Shown: positions 18,167 through 29,276, counted from the stretch's first letter. The stretch is 64,000 nt of DNA from Allosphingosinicella sp. (GCF_046295735.1 NZ_JBKBMQ010000001.1:207254-271253), one strand, 5' to 3'. Made by a program: numbers and translations. The notes: generated by a model not told the origin, from the sequence alone.

Positions 18167-19522
18167 ATGCGCGCGATCGCCGGTCTTGCCGCCCTGATGC
18201 TGGGCCTCGTCCTCATGTGGAGCCAGAGCGCCGCCCAGGCGCCGGCGCAGCCCGCCGGCCTGGTGCTGCGCGTCGACGGCGCGATCGGGCCCGCGACGCA
18301 CGATTACGTCCAGAAGGGTCTCGCCCGCGCCGAGGCGGAGGGGGCGCAGCTCGCCATCCTCGTGATGGACACGCCCGGCGGCCTCGAAAGCTCGATGCGC
18401 GACATCATCCGCGACATTTTGCGCTCGCCGGTGCCGGTCGTCACCTATGTCCACCCGTCTGGCGGCCGCGCGACCAGCGCCGGCGCCTTCATCCTGATCG
18501 CGAGCCACGTCGCCGCGATGACGCCGGGCACCAATGTCGGGGCGGCGACGCCGGTCCAGCTGGGCGGCGGCGGTGGCGGCGGCGGGGACGAAGGCGGCAA
18601 CGCCCAGCAGACCCGGCAAGGCAGCGCCAGCGACGCCAAGGCGGTGAGCGATGCCGTCGCCTTCATCCGCTCCCTCGCCGAAATGCGCGGCCGCAACGCC
18701 GACTGGGCGGAAAGCGCCGTCCGCGACGCGGAGAGCCTGACCGCCACGGCCGCGCTCGGCGCCAACGTGATCGACATCGTCGCGGCCGACATGAACGATC
18801 TCCTCGCCCAGCTCGACGGCCGCACCGTCACCGCGGCCAGCGCCGAGCGGCGGCTGGCGACCGCGGGCCTCGCCCTCGTCGAGCACAGCCCCAATTGGCG
18901 CAACCGCCTGCTCGCGGCGATCACCAATCCCAACATCGCGCTCATCCTGATGATGATCGGCGTCTACGGCCTGTTCTTCGAATTCATGAACCCGGGCGCG
19001 CTCTATCCGGGCACGATCGGGGCGATCGCCTTGCTGCTCGGCTTCTACGCGCTCGCCGCTCTGCCGGTGAACGCGGCGGGCATCGGCCTCATCCTGCTCG
19101 GCATCGCGCTGATGGCGGGGGAGGCCTTCAGTCCCAGCTTCGGCATCCTCGGCATCGGCGGGATCATCGCCTTCGTGCTCGGCGCGGCGATCCTGATCGA
19201 CACCGACATCCCGCAATTCCAGGTGGACTGGGCGGCGATCGCCGGCGTCGCCCTGTTCAGCGCCGGCGCGACGGTGCTGATCGCCCGTCTCGCCCTCGCC
19301 TCGCGCAAGCGCAAGGTGGTGAGCGGGGAGGAGCAGCTGATCGGCGCCGCCGGCTATGTGCTCGACTGGGCCGACGGCAAAGGGCATGTCTTCGTTTTGA
19401 GTGAACGCTGGCGCGCGGTCGGCGTTGGTCCCCTGGCGAAGGGCGCGCCCGTGCGCGTCTCCGGCATCGACGGTCTCGTGCTCCGGGTGGAACCGCTCCA
19501 TCCGGAACCCGCCGCCGCCTGA
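18167..19522 (+). CDS. nfeD: NfeD family membrane-bound serine protease
   Basis: Signal peptide, [25 protein letters not shown] bundle, C-terminal OB domain (VSGEEQLIG). Confidence 0.9.
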   Translation: MRAIAGLAALMLGLVLMWSQSAAQAPAQPAGLVLRVDGAIGPATHDYVQKGLARAEAEGAQLAILVMDTPGGLESSMRDIIRDILRSPVPVVTYVHPSGGRATSAGAFILIASHVAAMTPGTNVGAATPVQLGGGGGGGGDEGGNAQQTRQGSASDAKAVSDAVAFIRSLAEMRGRNADWAESAVRDAESLTATAALGANVIDIVAADMNDLLAQLDGRTVTAASAERRLATAGLALVEHSPNWRNRLLAAITNPNIALILMMIGVYGLFFEFMNPGALYPGTIGAIALLLGFYALAALPVNAAGIGLILLGIALMAGEAFSPSFGILGIGGIIAFVLGAAILIDTDIPQFQVDWAAIAGVALFSAGATVLIARLALASRKRKVVSGEEQLIGAAGYVLDWADGKGHVFVLSERWRAVGVGPLAKGAPVRVSGIDGLVLRVEPLHPEPAAA

Positions 19523-19533
19523 AGGAGGATCGA

Positions 19534-20316
19534 ATGGAATTGCTTGGAAATTTCGGCTTCTACATCCCGCTGATCGTCCTCGCGATCATCTTCCTGACCG
19601 CGGCGGTGAAGGTGCTGCGCGAATATGAGCGGGCGGTGGTGTTCACGCTCGGCCGGTTCAGCGGCGTCAAGGGTCCGGGCCTCATTCTCCTCGTCCCCTA
19701 TGTCCAGCAGATGGTGCGCACCGACCTGCGCACCCAGGTGCTCGACGTGCCGACCCAGGACGTGATCAGCCGCGACAACGTCTCCGTGCGGGTGAGCGCG
19801 GTCATCTATTTCCGCGTGATCAATCCCGAGCACGCCACCATCCAGGTGGAGAATTACGTGCAGGCGGTGAGCGAGCTGTCGCAGACCACCCTGCGCTCCG
19901 TGCTCGGCAAGCACGAGCTCGACGAGATGCTGGCGGAGCGGGACAAATTGAACGTCGACATCCAGGAAATCCTCGACAGCCAGACCGACGCCTGGGGCGT
20001 CAAGGTCGCCAATGTCGAGATCAAGCACGTCGACATCGGCGAATCGATGGTCCGCGCCATCGCCCGCCAGGCCGAGGCCGAGCGCGAGCGGCGCGCCAAG
20101 ATCATCAACGCCGAAGGCGAGGAGCAGGCGGCGCAGAAGCTGCTCGAGGCGGCCCGCATCCTGGGCCAGGCGCCCGAGGCGATGCAGCTGCGCTATTTGT
20201 CGACGCTGAACGTCATCGCCAACGAGCGCAGCAACACGATCGTCTTCCCCTTCCCGAGCGAGCTTGGCGAATTCCTCCGCGCCACGTCGCTGAAGGGCAA
20301 GAGCGGCGCCGAATGA
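19534..20316 (+). CDS. Slipin/stomatin (SPFH) family protein
   Basis: [45 protein letters not shown]; classic nfeD partner. Confidence 0.92.
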   Translation: MELLGNFGFYIPLIVLAIIFLTAAVKVLREYERAVVFTLGRFSGVKGPGLILLVPYVQQMVRTDLRTQVLDVPTQDVISRDNVSVRVSAVIYFRVINPEHATIQVENYVQAVSELSQTTLRSVLGKHELDEMLAERDKLNVDIQEILDSQTDAWGVKVANVEIKHVDIGESMVRAIARQAEAERERRAKIINAEGEEQAAQKLLEAARILGQAPEAMQLRYLSTLNVIANERSNTIVFPFPSELGEFLRATSLKGKSGAE

Positions 20317-20319
20317 GGC

Positions 20320-21654
20320 CTATTCGGCGGGCAGCGGCGCCGGCGGCGCGGGGCGCATCCAGCGCGGCTTCAGCCGGTTGACGAGGCGCGGGATCGGGCC
20401 GTTGCGGTCCATCCATTCGGCATATTCGCGATAGGCCGGGTCGGCGGAGAGGTGCTTCTCCTCCGTCTTGGCGCGCCAGTAATAGACGCCGCTCACCAGC
20501 GCGAGCGTGGCGGTGTTGCGGATCATGTCGACCGGATTGCCGGTGGTGACGAGGAACGGCATGAAGGCGAACCACCAGAAGATGTTCTTCGACACATAGG
20601 CGGGATGCTTGGTCCAGGCATAAGGCCCGTGGGTGAGGATGCCGCGATGGGTGAGGTTCGAGAAGCGGATGCCGAAGACGATCGTCGCCCAGGCGTAGAT
20701 GCCGGCCAGGAAGACCAGCCAGAAGCCGACCAGGGTCATCACCAGCGGCGAGGACCCCAGCCAGTGGATCCAGCCTTCCTCGCCATAGGTGCCGTAGCTG
20801 TAGTTGAGCGGCCCGCCCGCGCCCATCAGGATGAAGGGCGGATAGCAGATCAGCGCCGCCGCCCAGCCCGCCGCATAAGGATTGGCGGAGCGGATATGCG
20901 CGTCGAGCGGCTTCATCGTCAGCACATAGCCGACGGTGGCGAAGGTCACGTCCAGCATGAACATGACGCCGATCAGCCAGCGCGCGAGATTGATCGGGTG
21001 CTCCGCGATCCACGCCGCTTCGGGCAGGACCGCGGCCGCGAAGTTGCCCGGTACGATCGAAATCATGAAGGCGAGGAAGAAGGCCTTGATCGTCCAGCAG
21101 CGGAAGAAGTCGAACAGCACCTCCCGGTCCACCTCGACCGCGCGGCCGATCAGCAGCTGGCCGAACTGCCAGGCGCCGTCGCGCGGTTCGCGCAGCCGGC
21201 GGTCCAGCCAAATGACATAGGGCACCGACAGGACCAGCATCGGGATGGCGGCGAGGCCCAGCGCCTGCATCGCGAACAGATATTGGCCGTCCCAATACCA
21301 GCGGGCGATGCAATAGAGGCATCCGATGATGCCCCACACCGCCCACAGGCCGACGATCTTGGAAAGGCTGATGTCGAGGATGTCGGCGATCGGCCGCGGC
21401 GGGGCCGACCAGTCGATGCCGGTGGTGGGATTGCGGTGCACCTTGTCGACGAGCAGCGACCAGGCGACCATCGGCAGCCCGCAGGCGAGCAGGCCGCCCA
21501 TCGCGGCGAGCGGATCGGCAAGGCCGACCGAGCGGCAGAAGACCAGCCAGGCGACGAGCCCGGACAGTCCGGCAAAGCCGACGCCGGCGCTCACGGCGGA
21601 GCGGGGGCGCGGGTCGTGGCGCAGATCGGGCGCGATCCTGACTTCGGCGTTCAT
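20320..21654 (-). CDS. Polytopic membrane protein with C-terminal isoprenylcysteine carboxyl methyltransferase (ICMT/PEMT)-like domain
   Basis: Many TMs; FSNLTHRGILTHGPYAWTKHPAY and RAKTEEKHL...YREY resemble ICMT-family motifs. Confidence 0.65.
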   Translation of the reverse strand: MNAEVRIAPDLRHDPRPRSAVSAGVGFAGLSGLVAWLVFCRSVGLADPLAAMGGLLACGLPMVAWSLLVDKVHRNPTTGIDWSAPPRPIADILDISLSKIVGLWAVWGIIGCLYCIARWYWDGQYLFAMQALGLAAIPMLVLSVPYVIWLDRRLREPRDGAWQFGQLLIGRAVEVDREVLFDFFRCWTIKAFFLAFMISIVPGNFAAAVLPEAAWIAEHPINLARWLIGVMFMLDVTFATVGYVLTMKPLDAHIRSANPYAAGWAAALICYPPFILMGAGGPLNYSYGTYGEEGWIHWLGSSPLVMTLVGFWLVFLAGIYAWATIVFGIRFSNLTHRGILTHGPYAWTKHPAYVSKNIFWWFAFMPFLVTTGNPVDMIRNTATLALVSGVYYWRAKTEEKHLSADPAYREYAEWMDRNGPIPRLVNRLKPRWMRPAPPAPLPAE

Positions 21655-21736
21655 GGGTGCGAAGCTAAACCAAAGTGGTAAGGAACCGGTGAATGCCGAT
21701 GCCGGCGCCCCGTGCCGCCGAGGAGGAGAGACGAAC

Positions 21737-22156
21737 ATGACCAAGGCCCCCCTGATCCTCGCCGTCCTTCCGGCGCTGCTGCTCGCCGCCTGTGGCGACG
21801 GCGGCGGCGGCGGCGAGCCGCGCAACGTCACCAGCATCCGCGTGGAGAACGAACATCATGACGGGCTGCTCGCGCTCAGCGAACCGATGCGCAACCTGGC
21901 GCTGATGCGCGCGATTCGCGACAACGGCATGCGCTGCCGCCGGGTCGACAAGGGCGCCTACCAGGAAGACCATCTGAACATGCCGATGTGGGTCGCGCGC
22001 TGCGAGGACAATCGCGAATGGCAGGTGTTCATCGCCGCGACCGGCGACCTCCAGGTCCGCAACTGCGCCGAAGCCGCGCAGCTCGGCCTTCCCGAATGCC
22101 GCCTCGACGAAGCTTATGAGCGAATGGAGCAACCGGCGGACGGCGCCGCCGGCTGA
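21737..22156 (+). CDS. Putative lipoprotein
   Basis: GGAGG RBS, lipobox LAAC, four further Cys in mature part. Confidence 0.7.
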   Translation: MTKAPLILAVLPALLLAACGDGGGGGEPRNVTSIRVENEHHDGLLALSEPMRNLALMRAIRDNGMRCRRVDKGAYQEDHLNMPMWVARCEDNREWQVFIAATGDLQVRNCAEAAQLGLPECRLDEAYERMEQPADGAAG

Positions 22157-22162
22157 CGCGCC

Positions 22163-22576
22163 TCAGCGGCGCCCGAACAGCTGCTGCGCGGGCTGGCGGC
22201 GGACGGCGAGCGGGTTGCTCTCCGCGTCGAAGGCGGTGGCGGTCTCTTCGTAGAGCGCGCGCAGCTCTGCCACTTGCGGCAGGATCTGGTCGGGGAACAG
22301 ACGCGCCTCGACCGCGCGGCGGGCTGACATCTCGATCTCCTCGGCGACGTCGCCCAGCCGGTCGGCGCCGAACTGGCGCGCCTCGCTCTTCAGCGTATGG
22401 GCGGGAAGCACCAAAGCGGCGGCATCGCGGCCCTGCATCGCCGCCTCGATTCGCGCGACCGCCTTGTCGCCGTCCTCGCGAAAATAGCCGAGGATACGAA
22501 TGAAGTTGGCGCCAAGCTGCGCGCGCGCGGCGGCGAACTTCGTCCAGTTGACGATATCGGTACGCTTGTCGTCCAC
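22163..22576 (-). CDS. Stand-alone Hpt (histidine phosphotransfer) protein
   Basis: AHTLKSEARQFGA Hpt signature. Confidence 0.85.
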   Translation of the reverse strand: MDDKRTDIVNWTKFAAARAQLGANFIRILGYFREDGDKAVARIEAAMQGRDAAALVLPAHTLKSEARQFGADRLGDVAEEIEMSARRAVEARLFPDQILPQVAELRALYEETATAFDAESNPLAVRRQPAQQLFGRR

Positions 22577-22631
22577 ATCCGGCTCCGAACAGATTGAACG
22601 CCTCTCTAAGCAGGCGCGGGTAAATGCCCGG

Positions 22632-23999
22632 TTACGAGCGGTCGAAGGGGTTCTTCGGGGCGCGGGTGTGGAGCCGCACCGGAACCGCGCCGAAGCCGAG
22701 TTCGCGGCGGAGGCCGTTCACCAGATAGCGCTTGTAGCTTTCCGGGAGCTGGTCGGTGCGGGTTCCGAAGATGACGAAGCTGGGCGGCCGGGTCCCGACC
22801 TGGGTGATGTAGCGCAGCTTGATTCGCTTGCCGCCGGGGGCGGGCGGCGGATTGCGCTCGACCGCTTCCTCGAACCAGCGGTTGAGCTCGCCGGTGGTCA
22901 CCCGGCGCGACCAGATGTCGCGGATGTCGAAGGCGGCGGCGAGCAGCTGGTCCACACCCTTGCCGGTCGCGGCCGACACGGCGAGCAGCGGCAGGCCCCG
23001 CGCCTGGGCCAGCCCCTCGTCGAGCGCCCCGCGTATGCCCTGGAACAGGCCGCTCGGATTTTCCGCGACGTCCCATTTGTTGATCGCGACGATCAGCGCC
23101 CGGCCTTCCTGCAGCACATGGTCGGCGATCTTCAGGTCCTGCGCCTCGAGCCCGAGCGTCGCGTCGAGCAGCAGCACCACCACTTCCGCGAAATCGACCG
23201 CGCGGCGCGCATCGGCGACGGACAGCTTCTCGAGCTTGTCCTGGACGCGCGCCTTCTTGCGCATGCCGGCCGTGTCGATCAGCCGCACCGGCCGCGTCGT
23301 TCCATCCGGGGCGCGCCATTCCCAGTCGATCGCGATCGAATCGCGGGTGATGCCGGCTTCGGGACCGGTGATCAGCCGCTCCTGCTCCAGGATGCGGTTG
23401 ATCAGCGTCGACTTGCCGGCATTGGGGCGGCCGACGATGGCGAGCTTCAGCACCTTCTCGCCTTCTTCGTCGTCGCCGTCGGCGGCGGCCTCCTCGTCCT
23501 TTTCGACGAAGGGCTGGAGATGCTCGAACAGGTCGACCACGCCCTCGCCATGTTCGGCGCTGATCGGCACCGGCTCGCCCAGGCCCAGCGACCAGGCTTC
23601 GAGGATGCCGGCCTCGCCCGCGCGCCCTTCGGCCTTGTTGGCGGCGAGAATGACGGGGGTGGTTTCGGACCGCAGCCAGCGGCCGATCTCCTCGTCGAGC
23701 GGGGTGAGGCCGGCGCGCGCGTCGATCAGGAACAAGGCGACGTCCGCCTCCTGCACCGCCGCCGTCGTCTGGGCGCGCATCCGCCCCGGCAGCGTCTCCG
23801 GATCCTCGTCCTCATAGCCGGCCGTGTCGATCACCCGGAATTCCAGGCCGAGCAGGGTCGCCTCGCCCTCGCGGCGGTCGCGGGTGACGCCGGGCCGGTC
23901 GTCGACCAGCGCCAGCTTCCTGCCGACCAGCCGGTTGAACAGGGTGGACTTGCCGACATTGGGACGGCCGACGATCGCGACGGTGGGCAGCTTCGGCAT
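22632..23999 (-). CDS. der: Ribosome biogenesis GTPase Der (EngA)
   Basis: Two G domains ([16 protein letters not shown]; DTAG twice; NKAE, NKWD) and KH-like tail. Confidence 0.97.
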   Translation of the reverse strand: MPKLPTVAIVGRPNVGKSTLFNRLVGRKLALVDDRPGVTRDRREGEATLLGLEFRVIDTAGYEDEDPETLPGRMRAQTTAAVQEADVALFLIDARAGLTPLDEEIGRWLRSETTPVILAANKAEGRAGEAGILEAWSLGLGEPVPISAEHGEGVVDLFEHLQPFVEKDEEAAADGDDEEGEKVLKLAIVGRPNAGKSTLINRILEQERLITGPEAGITRDSIAIDWEWRAPDGTTRPVRLIDTAGMRKKARVQDKLEKLSVADARRAVDFAEVVVLLLDATLGLEAQDLKIADHVLQEGRALIVAINKWDVAENPSGLFQGIRGALDEGLAQARGLPLLAVSAATGKGVDQLLAAAFDIRDIWSRRVTTGELNRWFEEAVERNPPPAPGGKRIKLRYITQVGTRPPSFVIFGTRTDQLPESYKRYLVNGLRRELGFGAVPVRLHTRAPKNPFDRS

Positions 24000-24118
24000 G
24001 GCGCTCGCCCTGCCGGTTCGGGGCGGGAGGGTCAAGGGCGGGCTGCCCGCCGCACGCCGCCCGCCGCCCGCCGCCCGTCCGCCGTTGACGCCGCGCGCGA
24101 CGGGCATAGATGTGGTCC

Positions 24119-24583
24119 ATGGACCCCGCCGTACCGGTCACTGCGATCGCGCACCTCATCCAGCTCGCGCTCGCGCCCGTCTTCCTGCTGGCCGGGATCG
24201 GCGCCATCCTGAACGTCATGGCCCAGCGGCTGGCGCGGGTGGTCGACCGCTCGCGGGTGCTGGAGCAGGGGCTGGAGGCGGAGGATCTGGAGGAGCGCGG
24301 CCGCGCCCAGGCCGAGCTGCGGCTGATCGACCGGCGGATGACGACGGTCCATCTCGCGATCAGCTGCTGCACGGCGAGCGCCCTGTTCGTCTGCTTGGTG
24401 GTCGCCACCCTGTTCGTCGCGGATCTCACCAATTTCGCCTTCGGGCGGCCGGTCGCCTGGCTGTTCATCGCGGCGATGCTGCTGCTGGTGCTCGGCCTCT
24501 TGCTGTTTCTCGTCGAAATCACGCTGGCGATGCGCTCGCTGCGGCTCCATCGTTCGTTCATACCGCGGGGACGCGCGCGATGA
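24119..24583 (+). CDS. DUF2721 family membrane protein
   Basis: [20 protein letters not shown]...[10 protein letters not shown] signature. Confidence 0.8.
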   Translation: MDPAVPVTAIAHLIQLALAPVFLLAGIGAILNVMAQRLARVVDRSRVLEQGLEAEDLEERGRAQAELRLIDRRMTTVHLAISCCTASALFVCLVVATLFVADLTNFAFGRPVAWLFIAAMLLLVLGLLLFLVEITLAMRSLRLHRSFIPRGRAR

Positions 24584-24638
24584 CGGCGGGCGCCTTCAGC
24601 GGCATTTCCGGTTCACCGGACTGAGGAGGCGCGAGTCG

Positions 24639-25271
24639 ATGCTCGAACATGTTCCCGAATGGCTGGGCAGGGCGCTGAAGGGCGTGCGCGCCGGCGCGGG
24701 CAAGCTCACCGTGGCGCAGGCCGGCCTCGCCGCCGGGACGCCCGCTCTGCGGCTCGGCAGCCCCGCCTTCGCCGACGGCGCCGCCATCCCGATCCGCTTC
24801 ACCGCCGACGGCGAGGGCGTGTCGCCGCCGCTCATCTGGGGCAACGTCCCGCCCGAGGCGGCGGCGCTCGCCCTGATCGTCGAGGATGCCGACGCGCCGC
24901 TGCCGCAGCCGCTGGTCCATGCCCTGGTCTGGGGTCTTCCGGCCGAAAATGGCGGCCTGGGCGAAGGCGCGATCCGGCCGGACGGCGACGGCGACGCCGA
25001 CGGCACCGATGTCGGCCGCAACAGCTTCCTGCGCGAAGGCTGGCTGCCGCCCGATCCGCCGACCGGCCATGGCGAGCATCGCTACGTCTTCCAGCTGTTC
25101 GCTTTGTCGGCCGCGGCGATGGGCGGCGAAACTCCGGGCCGGGCGGCGATGATCAAGGCGATCCGCGGCAACGTGCTCGCGGCGGGGCTGCTCACCGGCA
25201 CCTATTCGCGCGGCCAGCCGGCGATGGTCGGGCCGGCCGCGGCGGTGGCGCGGGCGAAGCTGGCGCGCTGA
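24639..25271 (+). CDS. YbhB/YbcL family PEBP (Raf kinase inhibitor-like) protein
   Basis: SPPLIW, IVEDADAP, HALVW, PPDPPTGHGEHRYVFQLFAL. Confidence 0.88.
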   Translation: MLEHVPEWLGRALKGVRAGAGKLTVAQAGLAAGTPALRLGSPAFADGAAIPIRFTADGEGVSPPLIWGNVPPEAAALALIVEDADAPLPQPLVHALVWGLPAENGGLGEGAIRPDGDGDADGTDVGRNSFLREGWLPPDPPTGHGEHRYVFQLFALSAAAMGGETPGRAAMIKAIRGNVLAAGLLTGTYSRGQPAMVGPAAAVARAKLAR

Positions 25272-25697
25272 TCAGGGCGCGGCGGCGCGGCGGAAGCTCA
25301 CCGTCCTGCCGGTCGGCGTCGCCAGGGTCAGCGTGCCGTCCGCCCAGACGGTATAGCGGTCGACTTCGGCCAGCAGGCCCAGGAAGGCGTTCTCCTGGCC
25401 GAGCAAGGGCTCGGGGCAGAATCGGCGGGTGCTGCCGATCTCGCTGAACGACAGGGTGCCGCGGCCGACGCGGTAGCCGGCGTGCCAGACGTTGCAGCCC
25501 GCCTCCCCGCCGGCGAGGTCCCGGCCCCGCTGCAGGCGAAGGGTGATCGGCCGGTCGCCGACCGGCGCGCGGCCGGCAATGTCGGTGGCGATCCATTCGA
25601 TGCCGCGCGCATCGGCCTGCCCGGCGGTGCCCCCGCCCCAGCCGGCGCAGGCCGACAGCAGCAGGACAGCGGACAAAGCGGGGACGAGGCTGCGCAT
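25272..25697 (-). CDS. META domain lipoprotein (HslJ-like)
   Basis: Lipobox LSAC, GEAGCN, IGSTRRFC, QENAFL. Confidence 0.82.
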   Translation of the reverse strand: MRSLVPALSAVLLLSACAGWGGGTAGQADARGIEWIATDIAGRAPVGDRPITLRLQRGRDLAGGEAGCNVWHAGYRVGRGTLSFSEIGSTRRFCPEPLLGQENAFLGLLAEVDRYTVWADGTLTLATPTGRTVSFRRAAAP

Positions 25698-25800
25698 AAC
25701 GATCGGAAACTCCCTCCAAAGCGGCCGGGCGACCGCCTGTCGATGAAGCGCCGGCACGGGCGCCCGGTTCCCGGAAAATCGTGGCGTATGACGGATTTAC

Positions 25801-25842
25801 AAAAATGGAAGGGCGGCCGGCCCGATCGTCGGGCGGCCGCCC
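25801..25842 (-). terminator. Probable intrinsic terminator after pspC
   Basis: GGGCGGCCG...CGGCCGCCC-type GC hairpin followed on the minus strand by TTCCATTTTT. Confidence 0.6.
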
Positions 25843-25885
25843 TTGCCTGTTGCGGTGGCCATGCCTGGCTCCTTGTCGGGCGGGC

Positions 25886-26074
25886 TCAGCTTTCGTTCGC
25901 GAGCCAGCCGATCAGGAAGTAGAAGAGGACGCCCACCGGCCCCAGCAGGAACAGGGTCAGCGCGACCGCGATCAGGCGAACCGCGAGCGGATCGAGATCG
26001 GCGGAGCGGGCGATCCCGGCGCAGACGCCCATCAGCTTGGCATTGTCCTTGTCGAGGTGGAACGTGCGGGTCAT
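25886..26074 (-). CDS. pspC: PspC domain protein
   Basis: DKDNAKLMGVCAGIA PspC signature plus TM. Confidence 0.85.
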   Translation of the reverse strand: MTRTFHLDKDNAKLMGVCAGIARSADLDPLAVRLIAVALTLFLLGPVGVLFYFLIGWLANES

Positions 26075-26126
26075 TTCAACTTCCTTGTCTTGAACGATGT
26101 GCCCCGGCGGGGCCGGTCGCCTGCGA

Positions 26127-26234
26127 TCAGATGATCGGAACGACCGGGCCGACCGCCGCGGAGATGAACAGGCTGGAGGCGACGAGCGCTCCGACGATGG
26201 AAAGCGCGAACTGCTGGATGTTGGTGATGGTCAT
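26127..26234 (-). CDS. Small hydrophobic peptide (35 aa, MTITNIQQFALSIVGALVASSLFISAAVGPVVPII)
   Basis: GGGAGA RBS 7 nt before the ATG, single TM, lies between a sigma54 promoter and pspC. Confidence 0.65.
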   Translation of the reverse strand: MTITNIQQFALSIVGALVASSLFISAAVGPVVPII

Positions 26235-26290
26235 TGTCATTCTCCCTGAAACCCCCCGATCGGACCGCCCGGCCGGGATGTCGGGAAGAT

Positions 26291-26306
26291 TGCAGGGAGC
26301 GTGCCA
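26291..26306 (-). promoter_or_regulatory. Sigma54 (RpoN) -24/-12 promoter
   Basis: Minus strand TGGCACGCTCCCTGCA matches TGGCACG-N4-TTGCW with exact GG-N10-GC spacing. Confidence 0.8.
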
Positions 26307-26523
26307 AATGCGAAAATGGCGGGAAACTCCGGATTTTCTCTTTGCGCCGCGCTGAAGCCGCGCTTTCGTCGCGCTGATAGTTCGCGGTGAACGCCAAGCA
26401 TTCGCACTTTTCGCCACCGAACGATTTTAGTGGCTCCCGGGCCGCGGCGGCGGCAGAGTAGAAGGCGATGACCAGTCTGTCCGATTCCGCACAGAGCGCG
26501 CGCCCGTCCGCGGCGGCGGTCGC

Positions 26524-27843
26524 ATGAGCAACGACCCGCCTGCCCTGCGCCGCGACATCGGTTTCGTCGGATCGGCCTTCCTGTCGTTCAACGGCATCGT
26601 CGGCGCCGGCATCTTCGCCCTTCCCGCCACGCTCCATCTGCAGTTCGGCGATTTCAGCCCGTGGCTGTTTCCGATCTTCGGCCTGCTCATCCTGCTCGTC
26701 GCCTTGCCGTTCGCGCGGCTGGCGGCGCAGCATCAGGGATCGGGCGGGCCGGTCGCCTATGCCGCCGCCTTCGGGCCGCTCGCTTCCTTCCAGGTCGGCT
26801 GGATCTATTATGTGGCGCGCACCACCGCGCTCGCCGCCAACGCCAATGTGTTCGCGACCTATGCGGCGACCTTGTGGGCGCCGCTCGGCACCCCGGCCGG
26901 CCGCGCCTTCCTGATCGTGGCGTTGATCGGCCTCATCACCTGGGTGAACCTGGTCGGCGTCAAGCGCGCGATCCGGGCGCTCGACGCGCTCACCCTGCTC
27001 AAGGCCACGCCGCTCGTCGCGCTCGCTTTGTGGGGCCTCGCCGTCTCGGCCGAAGGCGTGCCGCCGCCCGGCCCGCCGCCGCCGCTCGGCGCATTCGAGG
27101 CGGCCGCGCTCGTCATCCTCTACGCCTTCATCGGCTTCGAGAATTCGGTCGTTCCGGCGGGCGAGACCGCCAATCCGCGCCGCAACATTCCGCGCGCGCT
27201 CCTCACCACCGTGTGCCTCACGGCCCTGCTCTATTTCCTGGTGCAGCTCGGCTATGCCGCCGCCATGCCGGACGGCGCGCAGCCCGATGCGCCGCTCGTC
27301 GCCTTCGCCGAGGCGATGTGGGGACCGATCGGCGGGCTGCTGCTGGTGGCGGCGGCGCTGTCGTCGATCGCCGGCAATCTGATGGGATCGATGACCTCGA
27401 CGCCGCGCATCACCTTCGCGCTGGCCCGGCAGGGGCTGCTTCCCGCCTGGTTCGGCCGGGTGAGCACGCGCTGGCACACGCCGTCGCGATCGATCCTGTT
27501 CATGGGGGCGCTCGGCATCCTGCTCGCCCTCACCGGCAGCTTCGTCTGGCTGGCGGTGGTGAGCACGCTCGCGCGTCTCATCGTCTATTCGGCGAGCATC
27601 GCCGCCCTTCCCGCCGCGGAGCGCGCGGCCGGCGGGCGGACGGGCGCGGGCGGGGCCTTGCTGATGTTCGCGGGAATCGCGGTGTGCCTGTGGGCCGCCT
27701 TCCAGTCCCGCTTCGACAGCTGGGCGATGCTCGCCGGGCTGCTGGTGCTCGGGCTGCTGCTCTATGCGGTGGCGAGGAGGGCGGCCTCGGCCGGCACCGT
27801 CTCTTCGATCCAGCCGCCGCCAAGCACGCGGTCGCCGTCATAG
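26524..27843 (+). CDS. APC family amino acid permease
   Basis: [30 protein letters not shown]; about 12 TMs. Confidence 0.9.
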   Translation: MSNDPPALRRDIGFVGSAFLSFNGIVGAGIFALPATLHLQFGDFSPWLFPIFGLLILLVALPFARLAAQHQGSGGPVAYAAAFGPLASFQVGWIYYVARTTALAANANVFATYAATLWAPLGTPAGRAFLIVALIGLITWVNLVGVKRAIRALDALTLLKATPLVALALWGLAVSAEGVPPPGPPPPLGAFEAAALVILYAFIGFENSVVPAGETANPRRNIPRALLTTVCLTALLYFLVQLGYAAAMPDGAQPDAPLVAFAEAMWGPIGGLLLVAAALSSIAGNLMGSMTSTPRITFALARQGLLPAWFGRVSTRWHTPSRSILFMGALGILLALTGSFVWLAVVSTLARLIVYSASIAALPAAERAAGGRTGAGGALLMFAGIAVCLWAAFQSRFDSWAMLAGLLVLGLLLYAVARRAASAGTVSSIQPPPSTRSPS

Positions 27844-28877
27844 AGCACCGCCGCCTGGCCGGGCGCGACTCCAAATTCCGGCTGTTCGAAGCTGATCGTC
27901 CCGCCGTCGAAACGCGCCGGGGCGGGACGCGCCATGGAGCGCACCTTGACGCTCAGGCCTTCACGCTGGTCCTCGCCCAGCCAGTTCACGCCCGACAGAT
28001 GCGCGGCGCGGACGGCGAGCGCCCGCTTCGGCCCGACGACGACGCGGCGCGCCTCCGGCTCGATCCGGACCACATAAAGCGGTTCGGGCTGGCCGCCGAT
28101 GTCGAGGCCGCGCCGCTGGCCGACCGTATAATGGACGAGGCCGGGATGGCGGCCGAGCACCCGGCCTTCCAGATCGACGATCTCGCCCTCCGCCCCCGCC
28201 TCGGGCCGCACCTTCTTCACCACCGCGGCATAGTCGCCGCCGGGCACGAAGCAGATGTCCTGGCTGTCGGGCTTGGCCGCGACCTCGAGCGCCAGCTCGC
28301 GGGCGATGTCGCGAACCGCCGCCTTGGGCAAGCCGCCGAGCGGGAAGCGCAGGAAATCGAGCTGGTCGCGGGTGGTCGCGAACAGGAAATAGGACTGGTC
28401 GCGCGCCGGATCGGCGGCGCGGTGCAGCTCCGGCCCGTTCGCCCCGGCGACGCGGCGGACATAATGGCCGGTCGCGAGGCAGTCCGCGCCGAGATCGCGC
28501 GCGAGGCCGAGCAGATCGGTGAACTTCACCCCCTGGTTGCAGCTGATGCAGGGGATGGGGGTGCGGCCCTTCATATATTCGTCGGCGAAGCGGTCGATCA
28601 CCGAATCCCGGAACCGGCTTTCATAGTCGAACACATAATGGGCGATGCCCAGCCGGTCGGCGACCTGCTTGGCATCATAGATGTCCTGGCCGGCGCAGCA
28701 GGTCCGCGAGCGTTCCACCGCCGCGCCGTGATCGTAGAGCTGGAGCGTCACCCCGATCGTCTCGGCGCCCGACCGCGCGGCGAGCGCGGCCACGACCGAG
28801 CTGTCGACGCCGCCGGACATGGCGACGACGATCCGCGCCCCTTCGAGCGGCCGGTCGAGCTGGAAATCGGCGTGCAT
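27762..28877 (-). CDS. mnmA: tRNA 2-thiouridine(34) synthase MnmA
   Basis: [53 protein letters not shown]. Confidence 0.97.
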   Translation of the reverse strand: MHADFQLDRPLEGARIVVAMSGGVDSSVVAALAARSGAETIGVTLQLYDHGAAVERSRTCCAGQDIYDAKQVADRLGIAHYVFDYESRFRDSVIDRFADEYMKGRTPIPCISCNQGVKFTDLLGLARDLGADCLATGHYVRRVAGANGPELHRAADPARDQSYFLFATTRDQLDFLRFPLGGLPKAAVRDIARELALEVAAKPDSQDICFVPGGDYAAVVKKVRPEAGAEGEIVDLEGRVLGRHPGLVHYTVGQRRGLDIGGQPEPLYVVRIEPEARRVVVGPKRALAVRAAHLSGVNWLGEDQREGLSVKVRSMARPAPARFDGGTISFEQPEFGVAPGQAAVLYDGDRVLGGGWIEETVPAEAALLATA

Positions 28878-28969
28878 AGCGGGCGCTACATAGGGCTTCG
28901 TGCCCGCCGCGCCCAGTCTTTGCAGTCTTTTACCCTCGATTCACCCTGTTGCCCTAAGACTCGGCGGCC

Positions 28970-29245
28970 ATGGACATGGGCTTTCATCTGCGCGCCGAGC
29001 AAATGCTGGGTCGCCACCGTCCCGCCGAGGTCGAGCATGACGTGCTGATGGCGGCGCTCGGCGCCCGCCAGGCCGCCAGCCCGACCGCCCGCGCCGCTAG
29101 GCGCAACCGACCGCCGGAGCCGGGCGCGCCGATCGTCGAGCTGCTGCTCGCCGGCCCCGGCTGGCGCGAGGCGGCGCAGGCCCAGCAAGGCTGCTTCCAC
29201 CCGTCCGCCCGCGCGGACACGGCCGGTAAACCGAAGTCACCGTAA
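28970..29245 (+). CDS. Hypothetical protein upstream of sciP
   Basis: Only ORF filling the mnmA-sciP gap on the plus strand; no recognisable motif. Confidence 0.35.
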   Translation: MDMGFHLRAEQMLGRHRPAEVEHDVLMAALGARQAASPTARAARRNRPPEPGAPIVELLLAGPGWREAAQAQQGCFHPSARADTAGKPKSP

Positions 29246-29276
29246 AATTTACCTTCGCATTTTAGCCTTCTTTCAA
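29226..29276 (+). promoter_or_regulatory. Degenerate CtrA-type boxes upstream of sciP
   Basis: GTAA-N7-TCAC (29226-29240) and TTAG-N7-TCAA (29262-29276) versus consensus TTAA-N7-TTAA; sciP is a known CtrA target in Caulobacter. Confidence 0.4.

Noticed and set aside
21683-21710. GGAAC upstream of the lipoprotein at 21737 as an EcfG promoter
   Set aside because: No CGTT/GGTT-like -10 element at 16-17 nt spacing.
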